From contig OZ287077.1 in NCBI GenBank assembly GCA_965645245.1, forward strand, positions 1,550,001 through 1,614,000: 64,000 bases of DNA, in the 5' to 3' direction. Origin of the DNA: Massalongia carnosa. Its lineage: Eukaryota. The translations under genes and the position numbers were made by a program. The notes beneath the pieces are model-generated. The model searched no databases. It was given only the letters and a program-made list of their open reading frames with translations, and was not told where the DNA came from. This document shows, one piece after another, positions 50,355 through 64,000 of this stretch; the first letter of the stretch is position 1, and each line of letters opens with the position of its first letter.

Positions 50355-50902
50355 CTTTATTTATCCCTCTGAAAACATTCCAGACCCGAAAGGAAGATTC
50401 ACCCCTAACTCGCCCGTTCGTTTTTATTTCCTCCTATAGTGTCCCTAGAATCTGATCGATTGCAAAAAACCTCGTCTTGTCGTGTCAGACTGTGATTCTC
50501 CAAGAGGCATTATTCGGAAACAATCAGTTAAGATAGATGTACAAGGTACTCCAATCCCGCTATTTTCAAAGGTGAAGAGGGTTTGGCTATGTATATGCCA
50601 AGAAAGAAGAAAAACGATGCCATCTAGGCGTGGTAGATAGGATCCGGTAATTGGGCATGGACTGCTAAATCCCTCTGTTAAACTCATCAAAAAAGGTTCC
50701 TTCTACCTCAAATGCATCCAAGTATCCCAGCCCCCCAGCTCATCTCCATTCATCAAGTCTACTCAATTCACAGTGCTTTAAAAAAAGGGGTTTGAATATG
50801 CTGGCATGGCAAATACCCCATTCCCGGGGTATTTTTTTAAAAAAAAGGTGAATCAACCATACCTACCTTACTGGGCTAACTTGTGTTCATGAAATAAAAG
50901 AA

Positions 50903-50919
50903 GGGGGGGGGGGGGGGGG
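50903..50919. repeat. Poly(G) homopolymer, ~17 nt
   Basis: Directly visible run. Confidence 0.9.
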
Positions 50920-51469
50920 TGGCAAATGCCCACGAGCTCACACTCTGGGCCAGTTCAAGGCTACTTTTAGTGACTCTATCTACAAGATATTTTCGTTATA
51001 CTAAACAATGTCAATTTCTTATTTCTTATTTCTTCCGTTTCTCTAAAACAACAGGGACTGTACATATCATCTTCCAGGAATTTGATCCGGATTCGAATGT
51101 ACTACGGATGATTGTTCAATGTTATTCAGTTAAAAATATATAAACCCAACAAACGTCCACTCCCTCCTCACTTCTACAATATCCTAATTCATATAGCGTT
51201 AGAGTGGTTTTGCAGTTTCATCTACCTATGTCCCCTACCGATTAGACACCTGCCCAATTTCTATAATACCTGTTTTTACCTCCATCCAAATGTGTCCCCC
51301 ATCGCACCACAGCAATATCCCCCATTTGGAAGCCATGCTAACCCATAATTTCCAATATTTCCAATGCGAATGTCAAAACCTCGATACCAGGGCCCCACCC
51401 ACACTCGTATCTTAGTAAAAGCCTGTAACATTCTGTAGGCGCTTGCGCTCAGAGGCTCCGTCCCCCGCT

Positions 51470-54400
51470 TCAACTCGTAGGTCCACTTCCCCATGTCCGT
51501 TGCCCGCGCGGTACTCTCCAAACATCCCCTCCTATATTTCCTCGCTGACGTGTTCGACTCTCTGAGTTTCTACTCATTAGGTGTCCGAAAGGGGAGCCGT
51601 CGCTCGCTCTTTCTATGACGAGGGCTCGCTGAGGTCCACCTTCGGGACCTGATATATCAATCACATCGCCGATACTGATTGGCGGTGATCCTTTGGATGC
51701 AGAAGGCTTGAGCGGCGACTGCGTGGCAGCAGCATACGAAGCGAAGGATTTGTGCGTTGGAGTGCGTGGTGGGGAACTAACTGCTTCGGATTTAGAGGAT
51801 TCGCGCTTGGCTGCTTCACCAATCATTATTTCATGGTGTGACGAGCCCACAGGTAAACAAGTCGTACTAATAGAATTGCGGGGCGTGCGAGTGGATATGG
51901 TTGGGTTGGCGATTGCGGCTTCAGGTATTACCTTAAGGATTAGGGAGTCCATAGACGAGGGAGATGACGTTCTAGGGGTTCGAGGTGTGCTCGAAGATAT
52001 GCTAGTGTCAATAGCTCCGTTAATAGGCACTCTACCTTCAGTTGCTCTTCCAAGTTGTGAAGCATCTGTAGAGGTACGAGTTGGGGTACTGGGGGTAGAG
52101 GATGTGCGGGATGTTGATGAAGCTGAATCTTGTCCGTGTTCCCCCCACGGAGCGAAGTCATGTGACGCAGGTACCTGTGATTCAGTAGTTTCCTCTGCAT
52201 CATTAATATGATGCTGTGGGCTTCTCAGTTCAGAAGTCTGCTGAATTTTAGCGGTGCTTGCGCTCGACACCGAAATACTCGAAGACAAGGGAATGCTTTC
52301 AGATGGCCTCGCTGACAAATGTAAAGCGGCGGCCTCTATTTCTTTCATCTGATCTTCAAACGGTTCGAGCGTAGATTCCTGCGGCGGCGAAGTAAGTTGC
52401 GGTAAAGATGAGGGACCAGCCGCGTGTGCCAGTTTGGGTCTTGGCGATGAGTCTAGATCAGAGTACATAAGGCGGAATGGTAGGTCAGTAGCTTTGCCAC
52501 CTGTTTCTTCTACAGGCATATTTGTAACCAAGGGACGGACTGGCAAGGATAAGTCGTCAGTTTGACTGCCATCTTGGCTTATGGTGCGCTCTGAAGATGG
52601 ATCAGAATTCAGGCCAGTAGGATTATTTAATGCGTTGATGGCTTTTCCGAGACTTTCTTTAGTACGTAGATCCAAAACCATGTTAGCGCACGTTTTGTTT
52701 GCCAAAAGATGTATGTTCCCCGGCTCATGATCTGTAGCGGTTGGAATTTTACCCTCCCAAAGCTTACTCTCAGTCGGATTCGTCATGTTGTTAGCAAGCT
52801 GCTCAACAGATTTAGTTGAAGCTTTGACTGACGCTGAATAAATGCGTTCGAACTCGTCAAGAGCGACCGTAGGTTCTCCCTGGGCAATCCAACCCAAGGT
52901 CTGAGGCGGCAGACCGATTGCGTCCGAGTAACCGTCACTCCTTGCAGCTACTAACAAGTTTTCCTCCTTCGGCTTTTCCGAAGCTAGACTAGTAGAGGAG
53001 AGGTCCGAATCAGTACTCGAGAGGGATTCAGTTGTCCCCATAGCTGCACATAATGCAGGCTGATAAAATTTCAACTTTTTCCGAAGATACCACGAGATTG
53101 GGTCGCTGGGACTGAGGGACTTCGTACGGTGCTTAACTAAAGACTTTTCACGACCATCAGAGTTAGTATTATCAACTTGCTTGCCAACCCGAAATAGTGG
53201 AAGAATAAATTCGTCATTCACAAGATATGGAGTCTCGGGCTCTGGCTGAGCTACAGGAGTATGTTCTCTTGTTGCACTAGAAGCCGAATTTGTGATGTTG
53301 ATATTCAAGGCTGAGGTGTATTGGTTGCCCGTGGATTGTGACTTACTTTTCTTAGCGGTATTCCTTCGTTTGGACTTTTTGCGATTCGTTGAAGTCGGAG
53401 TCTGCTGCGCTTTAGTAGTGTCTTCTTCCTTGTCGTGCCGTTGGTTTTCTTCCTCCGAGGTGCAAGATGAGGGTTTAAGTAGTTGATTTACAGACTCCTT
53501 GTGATCGGTCCCGTTTTCAGTTACAGTTTCTAGAGTTTTGCATGTGACGCTCATATCTGAGCTTTCGCCACTTGCCTCCGCCACTTCCAATTGATAATCC
53601 GGAATTTTTGCAAGTGGTATTTTAGGTGACTTATTGAAGCTAGTCTTCGCAGGTGTGAAAGCCCTCTGTTTTTTCTTGTGCGTTATGATTGCGGTTGAAG
53701 GTGACGATAGTGAGCTTGTTCGCAGTGGAATTTCTGGTCGGCTCCTTTGAAGCAATAACGGATTGAGTAATACGGAAGATGAAGCTTGACCAGAAGTAGC
53801 TAATAGGGTCTCTAGAGCGCATGGAAGCGTTTGTGGATCTGTTTGGATTTCCAAGTCCTGTAACTCTTTTGATGGGGCTATGAATAGCTTATTTCCTCGA
53901 ATAGTAGGTTCAGTCGCAAACTTACTGGGATGGATGGAAACAAGCGCCGTCCCGATGTTTTGTGATAGGCTAGTAGTATCCAGAGAGAGGGGTTTGGGTT
54001 CATTTACTGGTGGTTTTGCCTTCAACGTTGTTGCTAACTCAGAACCTGTGTGCTTTGAATCGGAATAGTCCTGATTACCAATAGATGATGAGGCATTCGG
54101 CTCCAAGTGTACCTTTCCATATATCGCAGATGGATGAAGATGAGATTTAAATCCTTCCTGCCTTATGTCATAATCCATTATTTTAGAACTCGGTGATATC
54201 TGCAAGACTTCATTCGCTTTAGCCGCAGTCGCTAGAATCTGCGATTTGTCTGAATAGCTATTAGAGCGGTCAGGCTGGGTGTTGCATGTGTTTTCAGCCA
54301 CCGGCACGCAAGTTATGCTTGGAACATTCTTTTTTTCGGAAATGATTTCATCACGAACCATTTTCTTGAAGCCGAGCCCTGCTGGTTCTAATGATGAAAA

Positions 54401-57400
54401 GTGGGGACCTTCTATGGTCTTCGCCTGAAAAGATACAGTGATAGATGGTTCCATTTGCTGCGGGATCTCCGCAGCGCAAGATACAGCAACCACTGGCTTT
54501 TTGGCTGCAGCATGTTCTGCTGTATCCACTACAATAATGACTTGGTTAGCTTCTTCTATGGTCCCCGGAAAGCTAGATGCAGCAGTTTCTGACTCGGTTT
54601 CTGTAGTATGCATTGCTACACCAGGTACACCAACAGCTTCCTTGGCTTTCCCCGGAGCTTCTGCTATATTGTATATAGCATGCGATAATTTACTATTCTC
54701 TATGGTTCCCCCTACACAAGACGCAATAACAGCCAGATCGGGTTTTTCTATAATCTCCGCGGTACCAGTTACAGCAACTAAGGATTTAGTCCCCCAAGTC
54801 GCCTTTATTGTGCTAGATGCCACTATGTTTAGTTCTTTCTTGTCTGTCTGTACTTTTTTTCTCTTGGATTTGGCTGGTGTATGAGTCTCATGAGATGGCA
54901 GCGCCGTTAAAGATTCGAGTATGATCTCTGCTGGACGAGATGCAACAAGGGGAGGATATTCTTCAAGTGTTGAAAGAGGTGGGGCTGCACTATTTCGGAC
55001 TTCTAAGACTGGTCTAGACAAAGCTTCAACATTCTGTGCTGGTGGTGATTGACTGGAGAGCATGTTTGCTGAATTTCCTTCATCGACTACGGGTTCACTA
55101 TGAGCCTTCCGCTTTGCGGCATTCGATTTGGCATCCCGCTTTCGCTTCACATTATTACCTTTGGTCTTGTCGAGTTGTAAACTTGAGTCGACATAGCCAT
55201 CAGGAGCCTGTGGGAGATTTTTTTTATGGTCATGTATAGACTTTGTGTTAGGATTAGAAACCTTTACAGGAGATTTCAATTGTTGCGACTGCTCGGTTTG
55301 AATGGAGCTCTCCAATTCTTTACCGGTTTGAATACTCTTAGCATTCGAATCAAATATATTGCCCTGATTTGTGTCCATCGGCGCATGAAGCTTTTCCGTC
55401 TGCTCTTGAGAGACAACAATGTCTGGAGAAACCTCTCTGCCGGTTATCTTATCATCCTGCACGAGACCCTCCTTCGTTATCCCTCGGGAAGAAACGTTTT
55501 GCGATAGGCTTTCCATCCTTAATCGAGACAGCTTAGGATTACCGAGATATGCATACTTTACGAGTAATCGGCGACCTTTACAACTGTCAGGATATGTTGA
55601 ATCCAGGACCTTAATGGCGTTCGCGGCATCATCCGCATCTTCGAATCTAGGAGCAAATGAAGTTAATACGTGTCAATAGCATGCTGTCCAGCCGTACTCA
55701 CTTGACAAATGCATAACCCCAAGATTGACGATTTTCATATTGATTAGTCTTGATATTGGTGATGTCCACGATCTTAGCCCTAGGATCGAAAAGTTGTCTT
55801 ACGCAGCTACTACTAAACTTAACAGGTAAACCTTTCACAAAGAGTTTTAGTCTGTCTCTTGGGCGATGCTCGCTATAAAATGCACTCAAATGGCTATCAG
55901 AGGGACCTTCTCTATTGGGCCAACTGCTGTGGTTGGGATGAAGCTTTGGTGTTTCGCCAAAGGATATTTTCTGAGTTTGAGGTTCTGTTATTTCCTGGGA
56001 TGAGTGATCAGCGTGTTGGTCCAAGTTCTGAGGCCTTCTATTTTCATTATCGATGGATGATTGGAGGTTGCTCAAGGTGACCTGCATGTTTTTGAAAAGC
56101 TTCCTGTCGTCATTTATTACCCTACTCATCGAGGTTGAGCTTTGCCTTGACGGAGGATGATCGTATGAAGGTCCCTTGGGGTGTTCTTTGTTTTCTCGTC
56201 TACATTGCTTCACTTTTTGTTCTGCGATAGAGTAACTACCATAGGTGCCCACACATGACTTGTCAACGGCGAATATGACGGCAGGATCGGCTTCTAATAA
56301 GTAATCTCGGTGGAATGGAGTTTTGATAGAGCCTGAGTGCCTATTAAGCTGATTTCCCGTAGTTTGAGAAGGGGCTTGTAAGGATGTTTCTTCAAGCTGA
56401 TTTGCGTCGACCGGGTGCTCTGAGTTCTCATCAAATGTTCCTGACTTACTGCCAACTTCTTCCATCCCTAGTAGACGAGCATCATCGGAAGAAATCTTGG
56501 GCGGATTACGAGCTGATGGAGCGGGTTCCGCAGGGCGGGGTTGGCTATGAAATAAATGCTGGCTAAACGGTGCGCGACGATATATGGATGATCCCGGCAG
56601 CTCATGGATTGATGCTGTATTGATCTCGCCAGAGAAACCTCGCTTATGCCGTTGCCAGGAGCACCTTTCGCGGTCACTGTGAAAGTCTCCATGGTACGAT
56701 AATGAATGTGTACGTTGCGGCGCCTGAACTGGAGTAGTGCCCGAACTATAAACTGCATCTGTAGACGTATTAAGTACACGCCTCGGCCCAAAAGGCGCTT
56801 TATTTGGGGGGCTGAAACGCGGTAAAGCGGAGTAGTTTGAAGGTCCCTCGTAATTTGAAATTTGCCTAGTAGGTGTCTCGATAGAAGGATCAGGCTCTGG
56901 GGCCGTAGGCTGAAGTAAGAATCCTGCGTGATATGGCCCATATGTTTGAGGAGATGGGTTAGGATAAGGTCGTTTAGAACTGTAATTGCCTATTGATCTA
57001 GCGTTTAAGGAATAGGGTTCGGCGCGACGATTCGCCCCTCGATCTGGTGTTTTTGACCATCCATCTAGACATTGTATTCATATCAGCGCAATTCCATAAC
57101 CAGGGTCGAAAAACTGACATTTCGGCACCGTTGACCTCAACAAAGTAAGTTGTAGGAAGGTGTCCGCCAGGAAATCGTATCCATATTCCTCAATTTCCAT
57201 ATCCGTGAATACTTCTAGAGACTGAGAGGCTATGGTATCAAAATGGGTGGGATGTGCTATACGCCAATGATCCGCAAACTCTTGAACTTGCTTTGCTCTT
57301 GTGGTATTCTGAAAGGCGATAGCTACAAGCACTGAGTGAAGAAACGCAGATCCATGTCGATGGGCGTCGTAGGGATCGAACCACTGATAGATGTTTACGA

Positions 57401-57578
57401 TAGGCGCCGTAATAGCTCTACATTGTTGAGGAAATTGCCGGCGCAAAGTTGCCACCATGCTCTCATGGTCATCCTCTGGGCTACTCCTCAGCACAATGGA
57501 GCTTGGTAACTCCGTACGAGGCGGGAATCGGCCAAGGTGGGTTGAAAAGATGGCATCGCCCTGGTGCGTTGGATCCAT
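51470..57578 (-). CDS. Very large (~2000 aa) RRM-domain protein with long disordered regions, at least two introns
   Basis: RNP2 KLFVKGLP and RNP1 WGYAFV|RFEDADDAANAIKVL split by an intron at ~55650-55700; 1348-aa S/T/P/E/K-rich ORF downstream; N-terminal exon 57578-~57122. Confidence 0.8.
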
Positions 57579-58384
57579 AATGGCGTTGTGTAAGGGCAGA
57601 TGTGATAGAACGATTTAATACAGTAACTAGCTGATGAATGGTATTCGGCGTAGGAGCATCTAATGCGTTGTTGACATGCAAGCAATATGCCTAAAGCTGA
57701 ATACTTTTAGTGGATAATAGAGGAAAAGCTTGAAGCAATTGCTACAAGGATGGATCAATGGATGGGTAGATGTACTGGACTGGATAAGGTGAGTAAGAAA
57801 AGTGAAAGGTTTTTGTGATCGCACTTTCCGAATGGTGTGTTATATCACGAACAAAGTAAATGTAACAACCGCCTCGCTAAGAAGTTGCCCTAATTCTTGC
57901 TAAAGTGAGTCTTTAGGGCAAGGCAGAAATTCTTGGAAAGCACTATCTTTTAGGAAACCTGCTCACCTGGACTTAAGGCTTCACTATATCAAAGAATAGG
58001 AAAGATACGAAAAGATACAAGAAACCTTTCCAATTCTCTCATCCTTAAAGCAGCAACAAAAAGAGTTGTGGAGCCTTATTAAGGCTTACATGGATATTCC
58101 CGGTGATGCGAATCTTATACAAAGCGCTGTCGAAGTTGCATAGTTCAATTCAATGCTCACAAACTTGAATAACTGTCGTGTCAGAACAGCGGTATGGGTA
58201 TTCAATCTATGTCTCTTTGAACCCTACACGCTTCATCCCTGACACTCCAATATTTCAAGCTTGAGGTTAGGCAGAAGAGAACATATAGGCTATATTTAGC
58301 ATTCAAAGAGTTTCTTCACCATCGCTTCACAGCCAGAAGAACAAAGGGCTAACGTGAATTCACCAGTGTGCGCATAAGCAAGAC

Positions 58385-58975
58385 TCAATCAGTTTCATTT
58401 GGTAGCTGGTTAATCATCTGAACAATTTCAGACTCACTATCCCCAATAACTGCATAGCAAGTCAGCCTGGGCCACAAAAAGTTCTTAGATTATTATTTCA
58501 TTACCAGCTTTTCCTCTATTCCAATCAACTGTCTATGATCAAAATCAGTTCTGCCAATTTCCTTCCATACACGGGAGCGCTTACAACTGGGGCTCTAAAT
58601 TTGCTCGGGTTCTGGGCTAAGGCTCTGATTGCGTCGGCCTCACTTCGTGCCCCGTCCACCAAGTCTTTCGCTCTTGATCCCCCCACATACTCTAAAATGC
58701 TCCTTAGCTGGTCGCTAGTCGGGGGATTCTCCGTAACATCTAGCGTAAAATCTGTTCGCTGGATCTTATTCTGGTGAGAGAGGTTTGAGGCTTGATCATT
58801 GGTGGCAGTTTCAGATGCCTGAGCCGACGTTTGCTTGAGCAGAGTAAGAACGCGGATTGACGAGGGCAAACTTGGGCGGTGGAAAAGAGTTATTGAATCG
58901 ATTGGCTTGTGCTATAAATCAAATTAGCATATTTGTTAACCCTTTCAGGCCCACATAACCCACAAAGCGAAACAT
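58385..58975 (-). CDS. FMP46: Thioredoxin-like (DUF1687 / Fmp46-like) protein, three introns
   Basis: MFRF|HKPIDSITLFHRPSLPSSIRVLTLLKQ, FTLDVTENPPTSDQLRSILEY, FRAPV|TVDWNRGKA|VIGDSESEI. Confidence 0.85.
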
Positions 58976-60796
58976 AGTTGCCTTAATGAGAAATACACGC
59001 TTTCAAAATAGATAGGGAGGGATGAGGTCTATCATCTCCGCGCTTACTCTAACTAGTTAAATAGACCGCGCTAACCCAGTCAAGCCAAAGGCAATGAAAC
59101 AAACGCTGTCACACTTCCGTGGTACATTTTCACATTCAACATACTGATTATCTCAAAGCTACACTTTCAATCTCGTGTGTATAGTGTGATGGAGGCTTCA
59201 TGAAGATCTTTTACACATGTTTTGTTTTAAACATCATTATATCAATATGTCTCTGGATTTCTCATCGTATTTTACATATAATGCTCGTCGAGTAAAGAAA
59301 TATGCTCATCATTATAGACTAAGTTGAATGAAGCTGGTAGGGTATTTATGAAGAGCCTTCAATTCTTTTTATCGCTCTATTTTAATCATTGTGCGCTCGC
59401 GTCTCCATCAATGTAATGCTTTCCTTATTTTTCGTCTCGTGTGCATGCCAAGCGCGTTCTTTGGGCACTCGAGCCTGCTGAGAGCGAGAAAGAACTTGAA
59501 ACCGCCAGCAGGTTAATGATGAATCGCTGTGCGCCCGAATCCATGTGTGGGTAAAGCTCGGGACTTGATAAGCTCAAGGATCAGCTCCAAGGGCTAGGCC
59601 AGCATCAACACGAGGAAACAAAAGCCCTTGCTAGCTGAGCCGTGTTCTTCTCATTTTATTTTTTAAAGATGAGTGGGCAGCAAGAGATCAGAGCCACAAT
59701 AATCCTTGCTTAACCCGCTCGATTACCTTGCAGTTCAACAATTGTAGCGGATGGGTAGTATAAAGCCGGCGAAGGTGGCCACGAGGATGCTCTCTCACTT
59801 GATTTCAGGATTAATATAGTCACGCACGAACAGGAGTTAGGCATAGGCGTCCACAATTGCACTTTTATAATGGAAAACAGTTTCGCGCCTGTATTTAATC
59901 GGCGCTCACTTATAAAGTTATTGCACTCGTCGTGAATAACGTTTACACTTCCCTTCCTTGATAGGTGTGAAGACCAGGTTAACAAGATAAATGGTCAAAT
60001 CCCTTTGTGATTTATCATAAATGAAAGAATATGAAGAAACCTAACTTAAAATATCCACTAAAGCCTCCTCAAAATTAGAAACGCCAAACGACCACAAACA
60101 AAAGAGAAAGCAAGCAACCCCAACTAAACGGGTTCCCAAATCCCTCCACTAAAGCAGACATGATACGTACCTATGACAGTCCGCTCAGAGAGGCTCTGTG
60201 ATCTTACTCAGACGGGGGCCCTGGCTGGACGAGGCTCTTTCTGTGGGTGCTAGATCCAGAGAGAGGGGGTAAATAGAGACTATGACCCGAGGGAGGGGGG
60301 TTGTGGTGAAGTTTTATGGGCGGTTGTGTAGGAATGGGGATTCAAGGAGTTGGTGTTCATGGAGGGTGTTTTTTTTGGAGGTAACTTGAAATACCTATAT
60401 AGGTAAGAGGCGTCAATATTGACTCAAGAAATTGAGTTTTTGGGTCGAGTTCTCTTCTTTCGATTTTTTAGCATTGGGTCGATTGCCTTGTTTCTCTAGT
60501 AACGCTATGGCCCAGAATCCATCCTCGCAAAACACTCCGGAAGGCTTCTATGGCTTACCCAGGTGTAGGTACACTCCAAGACAAGGATTTTTAGTTTCAA
60601 TAGGATTTTATAGGATTTTCTATCAGCTAACGGGTGCGTTGTAAAGCATGCCCAATGGATCCGAAATGTGCCTCTACCGCAAGTCTAACCTGGTCTATAA
60701 TAATCACAGCCCTTACAGCAACATCATGCAAACTTTCTTCGATCTCAAATGCAGATCCCACGACCCTTTTCAAGCCTTTTTATGTCAGCGTAGGCA

Positions 60797-61585
60797 TCAA
60801 AGCTTCGAAAGCACGGCTTCAGCACTAGAGACCTAGTTGCGCACCATCAGCCTCCCCTCATAAGATATCAAAGCAACCGTTAAAATTTACCGTCACATCC
60901 CCTCCAGGCTCGTTCTCGGCATACACAACTTTCCCATGATCGATAATCAACGCATATCTCCCCGTCCTCTCACCCTTTGTCCACGCACTCTTGCTGGAAA
61001 ACCCAGCTCCATTATCCGACAAGAAGAGCTAGGACAGGATACGAAAAACTATCAGCAATTCGCCTTCCCAGGGTATATCTTCAAATCTAGGGATGGCTAA
61101 CGATGTCATCCCCCTTGATGCCGTTCGCCTTGCCCCATGCACTCATGACGAAGGGGTCGTTGTAGGCAATCACAGCGACGATGTCGACGCCTTTCGCCTT
61201 GATGGCCGAAAGGTTCTTGATGTAGCCTGGCAGATGCTTCACAGAACAACTAGGTGTGAAGGCACCTTAGGAGTATTATACGTCAGCATCTGTAGAAACC
61301 TTCTCTCCCTCCATAGCCCTGGAAGGCCGGAAATGCTTGCATACATACCAGGAACGGAAAACAGCACGACCTTTTTATTTGCAAACTCCTTGCTGGCATT
61401 GTAAGACTGGGGCACACCACAAGAGGTGATTTCTTCCTTCTCGTCCGTGTATGGAATCCAGCTAGATAGATTCTACACGTCAGCTAAAACCCCTCGAACG
61501 TAGTAAACTCATAATTTGAGGCTGCTCAAACTTACGAAAACTCGACGCTATCAGGGAAGCTATCACCAGCTTTTAGTGGTGCCAT
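60797..61585 (-). CDS. PMP20: Peroxisomal peroxiredoxin (Prx5 / Ahp1 / Pmp20, Asp f3 type), multi-exon, C-terminal PTS1 SKL
   Basis: [67 protein letters not shown]; ends AEAVLSKL*. Confidence 0.93.
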
Positions 61586-61942
61586 TCTTGATAGCTGGCT
61601 AAGGAGGTTCAGACGCAAGAGATTGGTAGTGTCGGAGCAGTAGTGAATAATAAGGAGGCCAGCAAGTAGTCCGAGAGTGATATTAGTCCAGGACTGTGTC
61701 AAGTAGCGCATGTAGAGGTAAATATCTATGACAATATTGGTAACAATTAGAACAGTACTCTATACCTATCCCGACAGCTGACGAATATTAAATGGCGTGA
61801 TCTGAAGCTTATCCTCTGGTGGGGACAATGCAACTACCCCGCCATAACCGTTTTTGCCAGTCCAGCCCAAACCCCACTTAAGACAAACAACCGAAACTAT
61901 CCCCCCGTGTGCTCTCATCCATCCCATCCCCACCCCAACACA

Positions 61943-62501
61943 CTACCAATCGTGCTCCCCAATCTTCACCTCATCCACCCCGACCCCGTCCACGAACCAC
62001 CTTTCCCCCTCCCCAAGCACGGTATCGTTCCCACTCATCATGCGCTTGCGCATCTTCCCCGCGGCATCAAATGTCCAGTCCTCCAGGCCATAGCAGCGCT
62101 TCCACGCCATGCCGTCATCGGCGTCCTGGTACTCGTACCAGAACTGCACAGCGATGCGGTCGTCGCCGAAGGCGAAGAGCTCCTTGCGCAGGCGATAGGA
62201 TTTCTCGCGCACCCATTTCTGCACGAGAAAAGCGCGGATGGCGGCGTGGCCGGTGAGGAAGCTGCTGCGGTTGCGCCAGATGCTGGTGGGTGTGTAGGCG
62301 GGGAGGATGAGGTCGGGATTTCTAAGGTTTAGGTGGACCAAGGGGGGTTAGATTATAACGGAGGGGAAACTCTTTTGGTGGGGTGCATGGAGGGGTTGAA
62401 AAGGGGGTAGGGGTAGAGTACTGGGTATTCCAGGCAGCCTGTGCGGCTTTGACCTTTTGGCGAGCGGTTTCGAGGGTGAAAGGAGGTTTGAGGTCGGCCA
62501 T
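61943..62501 (-). CDS. DUF1348 / SnoaL-like (NTF2 fold) protein, one intron
   Basis: MADLKPPFTLETARQKVKAAQAAWNT, AYTPTSIWRNR, YRLRKELFAF..DRIAVQFWYEY, RCYGLEDWTF..GKMRKRMMSGND. Confidence 0.92.
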
Positions 62502-62898
62502 AATGGCAATTTATGATAGTAGCAAGTTTCCTGTAGCATAGAGTTAGAGAAGAGCAAGAGAAAGATGGGAAAGCCCCGCGGGGGGAGATGCAGGATTTGT
62601 AACGTTCAAGGTCCGAGACGGAACGATCGGGTTTGAAGGAGAGATCTTGTCAGCAGCTTGCAGGAAGACACCTTGTTTAGAAGATTGTCATTTGGGAAGA
62701 GCGGGGTGAAGAGTGGGTGTTTTAGCTAGAAAATAAAAAATTGAATTGCAGAGTGGAGAACGAGCTCAAAAGGAGTGCTCAAATAGTTTACATTCTCGAC
62801 TTTTCTGGTACGTGCCATGCTCAATATATCCTTGACCTGCTGTTTCCGCACACGTTAGTCCTCGTGTACCGCTCATCGAACCTTTGTCTGGCTACAGC

Positions 62899-64000
62899 TC
62901 ATAAGTTGTCTTTTGCGACATAAGGATCGAGTCTTTCCATAAGCTCCTCCTCAGTCAGTTCCTCGCCTCGCCATAGCTGTGCCGCCCCAAAAAATTGCTT
63001 TGGCGGAATTAGCACGTTACTCAAAACGTGGATGACCCCATCTTTGGCGATGCCGTCTTCTATGGACACGGTTGAGAAACCGTTAATTTTAATGCTGATG
63101 AATCCGCCGAAACGAGCAATATCCACACTCAAGGATTTTCCCTTGAGCCATGTCGGAAGATCAACCTATAGGGACGTACGATTAGTTCTTGCAGCCCTAT
63201 TGCAAAAGAATGGCGGGTACTGACATGGTAGAGTCCTTTGGGAATATCGGCTGCTTCGCCAGGCTCCGCTGTATAAAAGGCATCCGAATATAATGTCCTG
63301 TTGGGAACGATATGGTACTTCAGCAAAGCCTTGAGATATTTCAGCCCGTAGCTGCTAAACAAGAAAGCATTGATTTTGGGGCCGAGAAGCTGGAAGGCGA
63401 TATTTGAAGGCGCAAAGAGCGTGCCTCCCAAGTGTGTTGAGGTATTGTTCACAGCTTCCAGAAGGCCAGTTTTTGTGAGACCCAGCTCAAAGGTGCTGAA
63501 TTCGCCAGGAAGAAATTGAATAATATCAACGGCCTTTGGTGGCGGAACTAGAATGTTCTCAACGCCATGAATGACGCCGTTGGTTCCGAACTAAAGCTTG
63601 TCAATAGCCGCGTATCTATAGGGGCGGATTGTTGTTCTCACAATGTTAATGGCGATGACCCGATTATAAAAATTGACTGTCAATCCCCGAAGACCAACAT
63701 TGATGCTCAATCGCTGCAGCTGCCCGCCCAAGGCGTTCTCCACATACGACGAGGGAATCGTGTGAGTCACCAAGACCCTGCCAGCAGGATAAAAGTCCGG
63801 GGATACATGATAGAGCAAGATATTCTTCAGATCTTCTTTAGAAGGCTTTGGGTGGTGCTCAGGAATCTTTTCAAAAGCCCTGTCGATAGGAGCAAAAACT
63901 GTGTAATTTGCGTTTGTACCGTTCAGTAACTCGACGATATCCTCATATTCATTGATAAGCGCTGCAAGCTTCGTTGTATATTTGCTCTCCGTGATGAGTT
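62899..64000 (-). CDS. Fasciclin (FAS1) domain protein; 5' part lies outside the window
   Basis: Two FAS1 repeats: NYTVFAPIDRAF..LYHVSP and GTLFAPSNIAF..LLKYHIVP..DGVIHVLSNVLIPP. Confidence 0.9.

Noticed and set aside
27495..62000. Stop-codon readthrough producing cryptic peroxisomal signals
   Set aside because: None of the core-gene stops I checked has the TGA CTA context; the peroxiredoxin SKL is encoded directly.

Overview
Eukaryotic, intron-containing DNA from a filamentous ascomycete (Pezizomycotina): short GT-AG introns with CTRAY branch points and fungal-type core genes. The first ~27 kb is mostly accessory DNA. It holds two 5'-truncated Tad1-like LINE copies, each with a target-site duplication (TSD) and an (ATC)n tail, two small non-autonomous TIR elements, orphan and small-secreted-protein genes, and several pseudogenes (BTB, NmrA-like, lectin-like, and a secreted DUF6973-like protein with a bacterial-type motif). 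ARP9 is the only core gene there. The remainder carries ISN1, NTE1, guanine deaminase, Rds1, an NmrA-like reductase, a very large RRM protein, an Fmp46-like gene, a peroxisomal peroxiredoxin, DUF1348 and a partial fasciclin gene, with a decayed interval at ~45.8-50.7 kb. I recognised no tRNA, rRNA or CRISPR array. I found no complete novel multi-gene system. The best leads are the DUF6973-like relic, a possible dispersed family of Cys-rich secreted proteins, an unclassified hairpin-bearing TIR element, and two non-canonical splice sites. All family assignments come from motif recognition by eye, not from database searches.
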